Below are positions 9,236-18,991 of a stretch of DNA of 64,000 nt, piece after piece. Both the position numbers and the translations under genes were made by a program. Position 1 is the first letter of the stretch. The number at the start of each line of letters is the position of its first letter. The notes beneath the pieces are model-generated. The model was given only the letters and a program-made list of their open reading frames with translations. It had not been told where the DNA came from and ran no database searches. Source of the DNA: Candidatus Rariloculaceae bacterium (GTDB lineage: Bacteria; Pseudomonadota; Gammaproteobacteria; Steroidobacterales; Rariloculaceae); NCBI GenBank assembly GCA_965221035.1, contig OZ244860.1:928687-992686 (forward strand). The letters run 5' to 3'.

Positions 9236-9778
9236 ATGAACGAAATAAATCGCTTGAGCACATTGGTAGGCTCGTTGCTGTTGGCCGTTGGGGCTTACGC
9301 TGAAACACCCGTTGAAGTCACCCTGGTGGAGAAACACGACGAACCGCGGGGATTCTGTCTGGACACGCTTGGTTTCCAGCAGAACGCGCGGCCCGAGGAA
9401 GGCTTGCAGACGCACAGTTGCTACAGTTACCAGGGTCAGCTGGGGGTCGACCAGGCATTCGATGCGGAAGGCATCCCCGATGCGATGTTCCGGCTGATCG
9501 AATTCGATCTGTGCATGACCGCGGAGGGACTCTCCACCGGCAGCGAGTTTGCGCTGGAGCCCTGCGACGGAAGCGAGAACCAACGGTTCGAGCATCGCGC
9601 AAACGGGGAAATAGTGGCGCTCGCGGCACCTGACAATTGCGTCACCGCCGGCGACGGGCCCAGCCGCCACGGTGGTGGTGGCGAACCGGTGCACCTGATC
9701 CGTGATCTGACGCTGGAAGCCTGTGACGGCGGCCTTGAAGACCGCCAGCGGTGGCGGCTACGCGAAACGGCAGACTAG
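9236..9778 (+). CDS. secreted ricin-type beta-trefoil lectin-like protein
   Basis: An internal ATG with GGAAACAGG upstream gives MNEINRLSTLVGSLLLAVGAYA (a signal peptide). Paired cysteines and QxW/QxF-like motifs (NQRFEH, RQRWRL) are present. Confidence 0.6.
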   Translation: MNEINRLSTLVGSLLLAVGAYAETPVEVTLVEKHDEPRGFCLDTLGFQQNARPEEGLQTHSCYSYQGQLGVDQAFDAEGIPDAMFRLIEFDLCMTAEGLSTGSEFALEPCDGSENQRFEHRANGEIVALAAPDNCVTAGDGPSRHGGGGEPVHLIRDLTLEACDGGLEDRQRWRLRETAD

Positions 9779-9933
9779 ATTCTGGAACGAGTTCCCGCAA
9801 GGTGGGGCCCCAAACGTGGGCCCCGCGCAAATTCAGGAGACGGGGATTCTTTCCGTAGACAACATACCCTGTAGATCGGGCCCAATGGGTGTACCCGAAC
9901 AGTGCTTACAGGGCTTACAGGCAGGCGATCACC

Positions 9934-10407
9934 CTACAGGTAGGCGATCAGCCGTCCGCAAACCACGGCGAGTGTCCAGAACGCGATCGAACTGATCGCC
10001 AGCCCGGTTCCCATCCGCGACACGGCTCCCGACGCCTGCCATGCGTCGGCTTCCTGACGCAGCACGCGCTGGGTCAGATGAAGATTGGCGATTCCCAGGA
10101 TGACGAACGTGATCTTGAACAGGAAAGGGGCGCTGGTGACGTAAAACGTCGCCTGCGCCATGAACAACGAAAGCCCGGAAAACACGTTGACGGTAATCCC
10201 GACCCAGCCGAAGGCCAGCAACGGGCTCAGACCGGTAAACGGAATCGGCTTGAAAAATCCGAGCATGCGCAGGTTGATCGCGAACATGATGCCGACAATG
10301 GCCGCAAGGCCGAGCGCGTGCATGGACAGCATCAGCGGCCAACCCAGCAGTCCGGCGACGATCCACTCGGAATAGGCCGTGCCCTCCAACCAGCTTAGAA
10401 AGCCCAT
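9934..10407 (-). CDS. integral membrane protein (paralogous to the C-terminal half of the 311-aa protein upstream)
   Basis: 157 aa with 4-5 hydrophobic helices. GGAG lies 5-6 nt upstream of the ATG, and the gene starts 12 nt after the mini-ORF stop. Confidence 0.7.
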   Translation of the reverse strand: MGFLSWLEGTAYSEWIVAGLLGWPLMLSMHALGLAAIVGIMFAINLRMLGFFKPIPFTGLSPLLAFGWVGITVNVFSGLSLFMAQATFYVTSAPFLFKITFVILGIANLHLTQRVLRQEADAWQASGAVSRMGTGLAISSIAFWTLAVVCGRLIAYL

Positions 10408-10419
10408 AACATCTCCAGG

Positions 10420-10527
10420 TTAACCGCTATCTTTTGCGTCAGCTTCCGAGTCGATGACGTAGGTCAGGACAAGGACGACCACCAGAGCCGAGACAACGAT
10501 GGACAGCGCGACAAAGAAACCACCCAT
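10420..10527 (-). CDS. 35-aa single-pass hydrophobic peptide (not in ORF track)
   Basis: Own translation: MGGFFVALSIVVSALVVVLVLTYVIDSEADAKDSG. A strong Shine-Dalgarno (AAGGAGG) lies 7 nt upstream, embedded in the last codons of the preceding gene. The ATG is 3 nt after that gene's stop codon. Confidence 0.5.
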   Translation of the reverse strand: MGGFFVALSIVVSALVVVLVLTYVIDSEADAKDSG

Positions 10528-10530
10528 GGC

Positions 10531-11466
10531 CTAGCCTCCTTCCCCGTAGTAGGGCAACAATCGGCCGAAGACCAGCACGGCGGCCCACGAGACCATGGTC
10601 AAGGCCGCCATGACCTTGGCCCTCGGCGGCGCGTCCTGATCCGACTTGACGGCCCAGATATCGTCGAAAATCGTGAAGTAGACGATGGCCAGACCACCGA
10701 TCAGCAGCCAGATGATCTTCGGGGGGAACCCATCCATGGCGACGTAACGGCCCGAGTCGGCGATGAAGAAGAACATCCCCGTGACGATGTTGACCAGCAG
10801 CGCCAATGCGCCCAGCGGCAGCAGTCTGTGCACTGCGGAGTACGGCACGTTCCTGGCGACTCCGAGCACGCGCAGCCCGACCAGCAACACCACACCGAAG
10901 AGAACCGCCATGCCGACGAAGTGCGCCGCCTCCATGGAGGGCCAGGCCCAGATGAAGCTCTGGATGGCCGATTCGATCCAGCCCGTCAACCCGGTGGGTT
11001 CGGCCATCACGCCCTCGCGCAGCTCCGGCCGCAGGATGGTACCGCCGAGACTGCCGGTTTCGATGATCGTCAGCAGCGACACCAGCCCCAGCGCCACCAC
11101 CGCGTAGAATCCCGCATTGGACGCGCGTCCAAACCGGCGCTCCCGCCACAGCACGAGCCACGAAACGGTGCCGGTCAACCCCAGGAACACGAATGTCAGC
11201 AACGCGGCGTCGCGGTGTGCGTCCAGTAGCTGGACGGACATGTCCGGCCGGCCCTGATAGGCCCAGCTGGCGGCCGAGCCGGTGATGTAGGTGGGTATCG
11301 CCAGAAGTCCCAGGACCACGAACAGGATCAGGCTGACCCTGCGCATGCCGTCGTTCTTCATGTAGGCCGAGGCGATCAGCAGCCCCAGCACGAACAGGCT
11401 CCCGATCAACGGGAAGTGGTTCAACACGATGTGCAGGTGCGGGCCGGTACTGGGGAATACGTCCAT
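10531..11466 (-). CDS. integral membrane protein (DUF2231-like N-terminus)
   Basis: 311 aa with ~8 TM helices. The N-terminus HLHIVLNHFPLIGSLF resembles DUF2231-type proteins. The C-terminal half resembles the 157-aa protein. Confidence 0.75.
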   Translation of the reverse strand: MDVFPSTGPHLHIVLNHFPLIGSLFVLGLLIASAYMKNDGMRRVSLILFVVLGLLAIPTYITGSAASWAYQGRPDMSVQLLDAHRDAALLTFVFLGLTGTVSWLVLWRERRFGRASNAGFYAVVALGLVSLLTIIETGSLGGTILRPELREGVMAEPTGLTGWIESAIQSFIWAWPSMEAAHFVGMAVLFGVVLLVGLRVLGVARNVPYSAVHRLLPLGALALLVNIVTGMFFFIADSGRYVAMDGFPPKIIWLLIGGLAIVYFTIFDDIWAVKSDQDAPPRAKVMAALTMVSWAAVLVFGRLLPYYGEGG

Positions 11467-11574
11467 GGGGATTTTTTCTCTCTAGGAACGGCGTCAAACG
11501 GCGAACGACTCTACAGTACGGGTATTGCCAATGCAATGTATGATGCGTTCCTTCTGGTTTACGGAGTATGAAGA

Positions 11575-12597
11575 ATGGTCAAGGTTCTGGTTGCCGGGTA
11601 CGGCGTCATCGGCCAACGACTCGCCGACGGCGTGGCTCTGCAGGAAGACATGGAACTGGTGGGGGTTGTCGATGCGGCGCCCACGCTGACGGTGCAGGCG
11701 CTGCGTGACAGGGGCATGCCCTACAGGCTGTTCGCGGCCTACGACGAGGCCCGCGGTTCGCTGGAGGCGGCCGGAGTGCCGGTGGCCGGCACCATGGAGG
11801 AGATCCTGCCCGACGTGGACGTTGTTCTCGATGCGGCGCCGGGAGGGATCGGCGCCAGGAACAAGGAACTGTATATCCGGCACGGCAACAAGGCCGTGTT
11901 CCAGGGCGGGGAGAAGGACGATGTCGCCGATGTCTTCTTTCATGGCTACGCCAACTACGAAAAGGGACTCAACGCCCAGTTTCTCAAGCTGACCTCCTGC
12001 AACACCACCGGACTGATCCGCACCATCGACTGCCTTGACCGCGGCCCCGGGGTGGAGCGCGTGGCCATCACCATTGTGCGGCGCGTGGCGGACCCGGGCG
12101 ACTACCACCGGGGGATCGTCAACGCGCTCAAGGTGGACAAGGCGCCGAATCACCAGGCGGTGGACCTGATGACGATCATGCCCCACGTGGACGCCACCGG
12201 GCTGCTGGTGCACACACCCATCACCCATGGCCATTTCATATCCGTCCTCGCCACACCCACGCTGGACCTTTCGGTGGACGAGGCGAAGGAACTGTTCCAC
12301 GCGCATGACCGCATTCGCGTTGTGTCCACCGATGAAGGCTTCCTGGGCAATGCCTCCATTTTCAAGTACGCCCGCGACATGGGCTTCCCACGGGGGGACA
12401 TTTACGAAGTCCCGGTTTGGGAAGACACCCTGGTGAAGTCCGGACGGGACATCCTGTTCGGTATCCACATCCCGCAGGAGTCGGTGACGATTCCCGAGTC
12501 CATCGACGGCGTGCGCGCGGCCATGGCCATGGAGACGGACCGGCTCAAGGCCGTTGGGGACACGAATCGGTATCTCGGCCTGCCCTACTGGAAGTGA
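11575..12597 (+). CDS. gap: type II (archaeal-type) glyceraldehyde-3-phosphate dehydrogenase
   Basis: 340 aa. Contains MVKVLVAGYGVIGQRLADGV, FQGGEK, the catalytic SCNTTGL, VRRVADP, EVPVWED and IPQESVTIPESIDGVRA. As I recall them, these align motif by motif with archaeal GAPDHs such as the Methanothermus enzyme. Confidence 0.9.
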   Translation: MVKVLVAGYGVIGQRLADGVALQEDMELVGVVDAAPTLTVQALRDRGMPYRLFAAYDEARGSLEAAGVPVAGTMEEILPDVDVVLDAAPGGIGARNKELYIRHGNKAVFQGGEKDDVADVFFHGYANYEKGLNAQFLKLTSCNTTGLIRTIDCLDRGPGVERVAITIVRRVADPGDYHRGIVNALKVDKAPNHQAVDLMTIMPHVDATGLLVHTPITHGHFISVLATPTLDLSVDEAKELFHAHDRIRVVSTDEGFLGNASIFKYARDMGFPRGDIYEVPVWEDTLVKSGRDILFGIHIPQESVTIPESIDGVRAAMAMETDRLKAVGDTNRYLGLPYWK

Positions 12598-12664
12598 TCC
12601 GGGACCGGGACTGCGATAGCGTGGCGAAAGCGCCCGCTGGCTCGCGGCGCATCGGGAGACACCC

Positions 12665-13915
12665 GTGGCGAACATGATCCCCCTGGACCGTTTCTCCTAT
12701 GACGGCAAGACCGTCCTGCTGAGGGTGGACATCAATTCGCCCATCGATGCAGGGACCGGACGCATCGTCAACGAGAACCGCATCCGCAAGAGCCTCCCCA
12801 CCATCCGGCACCTGCTCCATGCCGGCGCCAGGCTCGCCCTGATCGCGCACCAGGGCGACACGCTGGACTACCAGAACCTGGTGCCCATGGCCGAGCACGC
12901 CGAAAGACTTGCCGGACACCTCGGCAGGCGCGTGGACTACATCGACGATGTGGCCGGGCCGGCGGCCCAGGATGCGGTGAAGTCACTGCGACCCGGGGAA
13001 GCCGTCCTGCTCGGCAACCTCCGCTACCTGAGCGAGGAAATTTCCACGTTCGAGAACGCGGTCAAGCTGCAACCGGACCAGATGCTGGACACCTACCTGG
13101 TGCGCGGTCTGGCGCCGCTGGTCGACTACTACGTCAACGACGCCTTCGCCGCGGCCCACCGCAATGCGCCTTCCATGGTGGCCTTCCAGGAACTCAAGCC
13201 CACCGCGGCCGGCCTGTTGCTGGCGGATGAAGTCGCCGCACTGGACCGCGTGATGCGCTCACCCGAGCACCCCTGCGTGTTCGTGCTGGGGGGCGCGAAG
13301 ATTTCCGACGCCTTCGGAATGATGGAACCGGTGCTCGCGTCCGGCACCGCCGACCGCATACTGACCTGCGGAATCACGGGGGTAGTGATGCTTCTGGCGA
13401 GCGGCCGCCGCCTGGGCAATCGGCAGGAGGACTTTCTCGCGGATCGGGGCCTGGACACATTTGTCGACCCGGCCCGGGAGTACCTTCGCGAGTATCCGGA
13501 CCGGTTCGTCCTCCCCGAGGATCTGGCTTTTTCCTCGAACGGCGCTCGACAGGAAGTTCACGTGTCGGAACTGCCGGCGGAACACCTTTTTCTTGACATC
13601 GGGGCCGGCACGATGGCGGCCTTCGCAACCGAACTGCTGGCGGCGAAGACCATTTTCGTCAACGGGCCGCCGGGCGTCTACGAGCAACCGGAATTCGCCG
13701 CGGGCACCCGCGCCATCTGGCAAGCGGTGGCGGCATCGCCGGGCTATTCGGTGATCGGCGGCGGCGATACGGTCACGGCGGCGACCCGGTTCATCGAACT
13801 GGACCAGATCGACTACGTGTGCACGGCCGGCGGCGCCATGGTGAGATATCTCTCCGGCATCCGGCTTCCCCTCATCGAGGCCATGGAGAAAGCGCACGCC
13901 CGTGACCGGGCATGA
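12665..13915 (+). CDS. pgk: phosphoglycerate kinase (archaeal-like)
   Basis: 416 aa. Contains DGKTVLLRVDINSP, RIRKSLPTIRHLL, LIAHQGD, YYVNDAFAAAHRNAPSMVAF and GGGDTVTAA. Length and motifs look closer to archaeal PGKs than to bacterial ones. Confidence 0.9.
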   Translation: MANMIPLDRFSYDGKTVLLRVDINSPIDAGTGRIVNENRIRKSLPTIRHLLHAGARLALIAHQGDTLDYQNLVPMAEHAERLAGHLGRRVDYIDDVAGPAAQDAVKSLRPGEAVLLGNLRYLSEEISTFENAVKLQPDQMLDTYLVRGLAPLVDYYVNDAFAAAHRNAPSMVAFQELKPTAAGLLLADEVAALDRVMRSPEHPCVFVLGGAKISDAFGMMEPVLASGTADRILTCGITGVVMLLASGRRLGNRQEDFLADRGLDTFVDPAREYLREYPDRFVLPEDLAFSSNGARQEVHVSELPAEHLFLDIGAGTMAAFATELLAAKTIFVNGPPGVYEQPEFAAGTRAIWQAVAASPGYSVIGGGDTVTAATRFIELDQIDYVCTAGGAMVRYLSGIRLPLIEAMEKAHARDRA

Positions 13916-14614
13916 TCATTCCAGCTTGTATCCGACACCATAGACCGTACGAATCACTTCCTCGCTTGGCAGGAACTCCCGTATCTTGCGCCGCAGGTTC
14001 TTGATGTGGCTGTCCATTGTCCGGTCGCTTACGCTACGTCTGTCCCTGTAGATGCGGTCCATCAACTGGTTGCGGGAGAATACCCGGCCAGCGTGCCCGT
14101 GCAGCACGCCCAGCAGGCGGAATTCCACCGGAGTGAGGTCCAGCACATGGCCGTCGACATGGGCGCGGTGGCGCTCCCGGTCGACGACGATGCCAAGATA
14201 CGCCCCGCCCCGAACGTTCTGGGTTGCCACGCGGCGCATGATCGCATGTACCCGGGCGACCACCTCGCGCGGGCTGAACGGCTTGCAGATGTAGTCGTCG
14301 GCCCCGAGCTCGAGGCCCAGCAAGCGGTCGATCTCTTCCACCCGCGCGGTCACCATGACGATGGGGACAATGGAAAACTGGCGGATCTCTCGGCAGATCG
14401 ACATGCCGTCCCTGCCCGGCAGCATGATGTCCAGCAGGATCAGCCTGGGATTGTGGTCGCGAACCCAGGGCACGACCTCGTCACCGTTGCCGATATGGTG
14501 CGTCGGATAGTGCGCCCGGGCCAGGTAGTCCACCAGTAGCCGCGCGATCTTCGGCTCGTCCTCGACCACCAGGACCCGGGAGCCGTTGACCACCTTGGCG
14601 TGCGGTTCGGTCAT
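13916..14614 (-). CDS. OmpR-family response regulator (BaeR-like)
   Basis: 232 aa. The receiver domain shows VLVVEDEPKI..LILLDIMLPGRDG..DDYICKPFSPRE. The C-terminal winged helix shows IRTVYGVGYKLE. Overlaps the kinase gene by 4 nt. Confidence 0.92.
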   Translation of the reverse strand: MTEPHAKVVNGSRVLVVEDEPKIARLLVDYLARAHYPTHHIGNGDEVVPWVRDHNPRLILLDIMLPGRDGMSICREIRQFSIVPIVMVTARVEEIDRLLGLELGADDYICKPFSPREVVARVHAIMRRVATQNVRGGAYLGIVVDRERHRAHVDGHVLDLTPVEFRLLGVLHGHAGRVFSRNQLMDRIYRDRRSVSDRTMDSHIKNLRRKIREFLPSEEVIRTVYGVGYKLE

Positions 14615-16032
14615 TCCCCCGCGCGGACGGCCGCCGGCAACCGGACCACCAGTTTCAGCCCGCCCAGTGGCGACGGCGACGCGCTGATGCTTCCGCCCAG
14701 CGCGTGTGCGATCCGCTTGCAGATGGCCAGACCCAGCCCGGCCCCACCCGTCTGGCGCCCCCGTGAACCCTCCACGCGATACAGCCGCTCGAACAACCGG
14801 GGCAACGCGTCGGACGGCACGTCGGGCGCGGAATCCTCGATACTGACCTCGATGTCCCCGCCCCGCCGTGCGCTGGCGACGCGGACGCGCCCGCCCCGGT
14901 CGGTGTAGCGGACCGTGTTCTCCAGCACGTTCGTGAACAGTTGCCCTAGCCGGTTGACATCGATCAACGCGTTCAGCGGGACCCTGGAGCAGTGCGTTTC
15001 CAATTCGAGCCCCGCACTGTCGAGGCGCGCCTCGAACAATTCCACCGTGTCGTCCAGCACCCGGCCCACATCGGCGATCTCCTTGCGGTAGCGCAGCGCA
15101 CCCATGTCCGCAACGGAGAGCTGGTATATGTCGTTGACGAGCTTGGTCAGGCGGTCGACCTCGCCGCTGAGCGACTTGCGCGTCGACTCGTCGAATGGCC
15201 GCACACCGTCCTCCACGGCCTGCAATTCGCCGCGCAGAACGGATAGCGGCGTGCGCAACTCATGGGAAATGTCGGCGATCCATTGACGCTGCGCCTGCTG
15301 GTTTCGCTCCAGCGTCTCCGCAAGGACGTTGAAATTCCTGGCCAACCCGCCCAATTCGTCGGAGGATCGCACGGTGAGCCGTTCCGTGAAGCGCCCGTCG
15401 GCAAGCGCTTGCGTGCCGCGAGTCAGTCGGGAGATGGGCGAGACGATCTGCCTGGAGAATACCATCGCGAGGACACCCGCCAACGCCAGCGCGAACACCG
15501 TCGTACCGTAGATCCATCGGGTCTGTTGCCGCGAAAACTGCTGATCCAGGTCACGGGCCAGCGTGTCCAGGGGATTGAGGTGCAGGTTACCGACCACGAC
15601 ACCCTCAAAGACGATTGGCTCAACACGTTGCGGTATTTCGCCTGGAGGCGGTCCGAACAGCCGGTCCCCCGCGGCGTCGAGCACGGCGATTCGCGGAGAC
15701 ACAGCCAGCGGGTCCCTGGAAACGGCGGAACCGTCGTGCGACGGCACGATTCGTCGCGACGACAAACCGCCGGAACCTGTCGTTCTGGGCGGGGACATGA
15801 GTTCCAGCCAGCGGTCCCGATCACTGCCGACGGATTCCCATCCGCCCTCGTCCCCATAGGCCTCGGCCAGCCTCAAGGCGAAATGGCGCAGCGTTTCGGC
15901 CTCGTTCTCGTTGACGTAATTGAGAAACCCGCGATCAAAGCTCCAGCGCGTGATGCCGGCGGTCAGACCCAGCACCACCAGGGCCGTCAGCAGGAAGCCC
16001 AGGAATATTTTCTGTCCGATGCCGATGCGCAT
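14611..16032 (-). CDS. sensor histidine kinase (BaeS-like; HAMP, HisKA, HATPase)
   Basis: 473 aa with two TM segments. The H-box is ADISHELRTPLSVLRGEL. N- and G-boxes are also present (NVLENTVRYT, GGAGLGLAICKRI). Confidence 0.9.
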   Translation of the reverse strand: MRIGIGQKIFLGFLLTALVVLGLTAGITRWSFDRGFLNYVNENEAETLRHFALRLAEAYGDEGGWESVGSDRDRWLELMSPPRTTGSGGLSSRRIVPSHDGSAVSRDPLAVSPRIAVLDAAGDRLFGPPPGEIPQRVEPIVFEGVVVGNLHLNPLDTLARDLDQQFSRQQTRWIYGTTVFALALAGVLAMVFSRQIVSPISRLTRGTQALADGRFTERLTVRSSDELGGLARNFNVLAETLERNQQAQRQWIADISHELRTPLSVLRGELQAVEDGVRPFDESTRKSLSGEVDRLTKLVNDIYQLSVADMGALRYRKEIADVGRVLDDTVELFEARLDSAGLELETHCSRVPLNALIDVNRLGQLFTNVLENTVRYTDRGGRVRVASARRGGDIEVSIEDSAPDVPSDALPRLFERLYRVEGSRGRQTGGAGLGLAICKRIAHALGGSISASPSPLGGLKLVVRLPAAVRAGE

Positions 16033-16276
16033 GACTCAGCCCTTAGCCGCCTTGCGAACTCCATTGCGACCGACCCTACCTCCGGTAATGGCGGCGCGAC
16101 GAAACCTGACTGCAACATAACACAACGTGAATCGAAGTCATTCTGCTGGATACAATCGAGCGACCTGTCTCCATAATCCCTGCACAATTCTTGGTTATGT
16201 TTCGTGCGTGGGACTGGATTTCACGTTGTTTCGACGCTACAGATGCGGCAGGAATGGCGAAAACAGAGGGAATCAA

Positions 16277-18982
16277 ATGAATCGACTCGACCGAAGCATC
16301 ATGTTGGGGATTGCGCTCGGCCTTTCCGTGAGCGCGCCGCTACCCGCCCAGGAGGCCGACGGCTTCCAGCTCGAGGAAATCATCGTCACCGCGCGGAAGC
16401 GGGAAGAGAGCCTGCAGGAGGTGCCGGTATCCATCAGTGTGCTCAGCGACAACCTGATCGAGGAAACCGGCATCCTGACACAGGAAGAGCTGTTCCAGCT
16501 GGTGCCAGGCATCTACTACGACGAAGGTCCCGACCGCAACGCCGCATTCCCCAGCGTGCGCGGAGTCCAATCCAACGAAATCGCCACCAACCGCACCAAG
16601 GTCACGGCCTTTGTCGACGGCATGCCCATCCTGGGATCCCAAGGCTCCCTCGGATTCGGCAACCTGCAGCAGGTCGAGGTCTACCGCGGCCCGCAGAGCG
16701 CGGCCTTCGGCCGTTCGACGTTCGGCGGCGCCATCAACTACGTGACACGGGACCCGGGTGAAGAGTTCGAAGGCAACGTCAGCGCCGACGTGAACGGCTA
16801 CGGACGCCGGTTGCTGCGCGCGGGCGTCTCCGGACCGATCAGCGACACCGTGGGCTTCATGGTCAATGCGGAATATGAAGACAGCACCGCCCCGGACGAC
16901 TACCTCGCTACCAACATCACCGGCGACAGCGTCCAGTACGGCGAGCGCAACACCGAGTCCGTCTCCGGCAAGCTCACGTTCTCGCCCACGGACAACCTGA
17001 ACGTGGAGATGACGCTCAGCAACATCGTCACCTTCGACACGCCCGGCGTGCAGTACTACATCAGCGAGGAATCCCGCGACGCCTGTTTCGCCGGAAACGG
17101 TATCACCTACACGGGCATGGGCACCTCCCTGTACGTCGACGGCACCTACGACTGTCCCGACTGGAGCCAGGGCGCGCCGCTGTACCAGCAGAACGACCGT
17201 TCGCTGGTGCTGGCGCAAGCCTTCGACAACCCGGCGTATGCGGATCAGTTCCCGCAGTACCAGGGGCTCACGGCGCAGGAACAGGACGACCTGCTGTTCC
17301 TGGCGCGGTCGCAGTCGGTGTTCGGCGACTACTTCTCCGCCCACGACGAGCGCAGCCGCTTCTCCCTCCAGGCCGACTACCTCATGGACAACGGCCACGC
17401 GCTCCAGTTCACGGCCTTCACGGGCGATGAAACCTATATCCGCGGCGCCGATGGCAACCGCGATCCGAGCACGCCGATCACGTTCACCCGGTCCATGGGG
17501 GCCATGGGGGCACCACCACCCCCCGGCAGCCCCGACTGGGTGCTGCAGGGCATGGGGCCCTTGGCCACCATCGGCACCATCATGTCCGACCCGACCGACA
17601 TCGGCGAATCCTATGCCGAGGTGCGTTGGGTGTCCCCGGCCGAGGACCGCCTGCGCTACGTGGCGGGAGTTTCCCACTACAGCTACGATTTTCTCACCAC
17701 GCTGTATTTTGGCGGCTACGATGCCTTGGTCCGTGGGGACGAGGCGATTCAGCGCTATATATCGCTCACGGGCGACGACCCTTCGGTTCCCGACCAGCTG
17801 CTCGGCGAGTCGGCCTCCAACACCGCTGTTTTCTTCAACGCCACCTACGACGTCACCGGACGCCTCGCGGTTTCGATCGAGGGCCGCTATCAGAACGACG
17901 AGGTATCAGGCGAGGATACGATATCGGGGAATTCCGGCGCCGTGGACACCAGTGCGTTCGTGCCGAGGCTGTCATTCAACTACAACGTGAGCGAGGATAC
18001 GTCATTCTATGGCCAGTTCGCCAGGGGCAACAACCCCGCCGGTGTCAACGTCGGCTTCTTCAATCCGGCATTGCAGGCCACACTTGCCGCGGCGAACGCC
18101 CTCTACGATGCGACGGGTGGGGCCGAAGGCGTGGCGTACTCTCTTGACGACGTCATCAACTTCGACGAGGAACAACTCACGAATCTCGAATTCGGCTTCA
18201 AGGGCAGCGCGCTCGACGGCCGCCTGCAATATGCCACCGCCATTTATTTCATGGAATGGGAAGGCAACGTCGCGCCGCTGAATCTCTATTGGGGCGACCC
18301 GTCCCTGCCCCCGCCCCTGCGGGACCCGAACGAGGGCAACCGCACGTTTCTGAACCAGGGCGATCAGGAAATGAAGGGGGCGGAGTTCGAGGGCAACTTC
18401 CTGGTCACGGACAGCTTCAGTATCCGGGGTGCGATCGGGCTGCTCGACGCCAAGTACACCAACTTCTGCGATGTCAACATCGCGGCGAACAACGGATTGG
18501 GTCAGTACGCCGTGGCTACCGGCCGGGCAGTTACGTTCGAGACCGACGGCGATTTTGCTGCGTGCTACCGTGTGGACGGTCTGGATTCGCGTGAGCAACC
18601 CACGGTGACCGGATCGGTCAGCCCGAGCTACCGGGGCGCCCTCGGCTCCGGCTTGAGCTGGAACGCGCGAGCGGACGTGCGCTTCGAATCGGATCAGTGG
18701 CTCGATTCGGCGAATATCGCCAAGACTCCCGGTGTCGTCAGCGTCAACGCGTCCGCAGGTCTGACCGGCGACAACTGGCGCGCGACTCTGTACATCAACA
18801 ATCTGCTGGACGACGACACCCCGCGCCGACTGGCCTCCGGAGATGACGTGACCATCAATCCCGCGAGCCCCGGGAGCCTGGCGATCGCCGCCGCCGTCCC
18901 GTCTCCGGGACCGATTGAAAACTGGCGGGTCACCCCGCGAGCGCCACGAACCGTCGGCCTGCGATTGAATTACGATTTCTGA
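16277..18982 (+). CDS. TonB-dependent receptor
   Basis: The internal ATG (GAGGG upstream) gives the signal peptide MNRLDRSIMLGIALGLSVSAPLPAQE. A plug domain follows (LEEIIVTARKREESLQEVPVSISV). The C-terminal end is RTVGLRLNYDF. Confidence 0.9.
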   Translation: MNRLDRSIMLGIALGLSVSAPLPAQEADGFQLEEIIVTARKREESLQEVPVSISVLSDNLIEETGILTQEELFQLVPGIYYDEGPDRNAAFPSVRGVQSNEIATNRTKVTAFVDGMPILGSQGSLGFGNLQQVEVYRGPQSAAFGRSTFGGAINYVTRDPGEEFEGNVSADVNGYGRRLLRAGVSGPISDTVGFMVNAEYEDSTAPDDYLATNITGDSVQYGERNTESVSGKLTFSPTDNLNVEMTLSNIVTFDTPGVQYYISEESRDACFAGNGITYTGMGTSLYVDGTYDCPDWSQGAPLYQQNDRSLVLAQAFDNPAYADQFPQYQGLTAQEQDDLLFLARSQSVFGDYFSAHDERSRFSLQADYLMDNGHALQFTAFTGDETYIRGADGNRDPSTPITFTRSMGAMGAPPPPGSPDWVLQGMGPLATIGTIMSDPTDIGESYAEVRWVSPAEDRLRYVAGVSHYSYDFLTTLYFGGYDALVRGDEAIQRYISLTGDDPSVPDQLLGESASNTAVFFNATYDVTGRLAVSIEGRYQNDEVSGEDTISGNSGAVDTSAFVPRLSFNYNVSEDTSFYGQFARGNNPAGVNVGFFNPALQATLAAANALYDATGGAEGVAYSLDDVINFDEEQLTNLEFGFKGSALDGRLQYATAIYFMEWEGNVAPLNLYWGDPSLPPPLRDPNEGNRTFLNQGDQEMKGAEFEGNFLVTDSFSIRGAIGLLDAKYTNFCDVNIAANNGLGQYAVATGRAVTFETDGDFAACYRVDGLDSREQPTVTGSVSPSYRGALGSGLSWNARADVRFESDQWLDSANIAKTPGVVSVNASAGLTGDNWRATLYINNLLDDDTPRRLASGDDVTINPASPGSLAIAAAVPSPGPIENWRVTPRAPRTVGLRLNYDF

Positions 18983-18991
18983 TCCGGTTGC

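Noticed and set aside
9804-9824. GGGGCCC-caaacgt-GGGCCCC hairpin after the lectin-like gene as a terminator
   Set aside because: The 7-bp GC stem is real, but no U-tract follows. This is too weak to call as a feature.
10439-11536. 365-aa alternative-frame ORF over the membrane-protein gene
   Set aside because: Its composition is Arg/Gly/His-rich. The 311-aa frame gives coherent TM helices and couples to the downstream mini-ORF.
17480-17530. Short internal duplication (catggggGCCATGGGGGCA, MGAMGAPPPPGSP) inside the first TBDR
   Set aside because: This is a low-complexity loop in an otherwise intact receptor, with no frameshift or functional implication visible.
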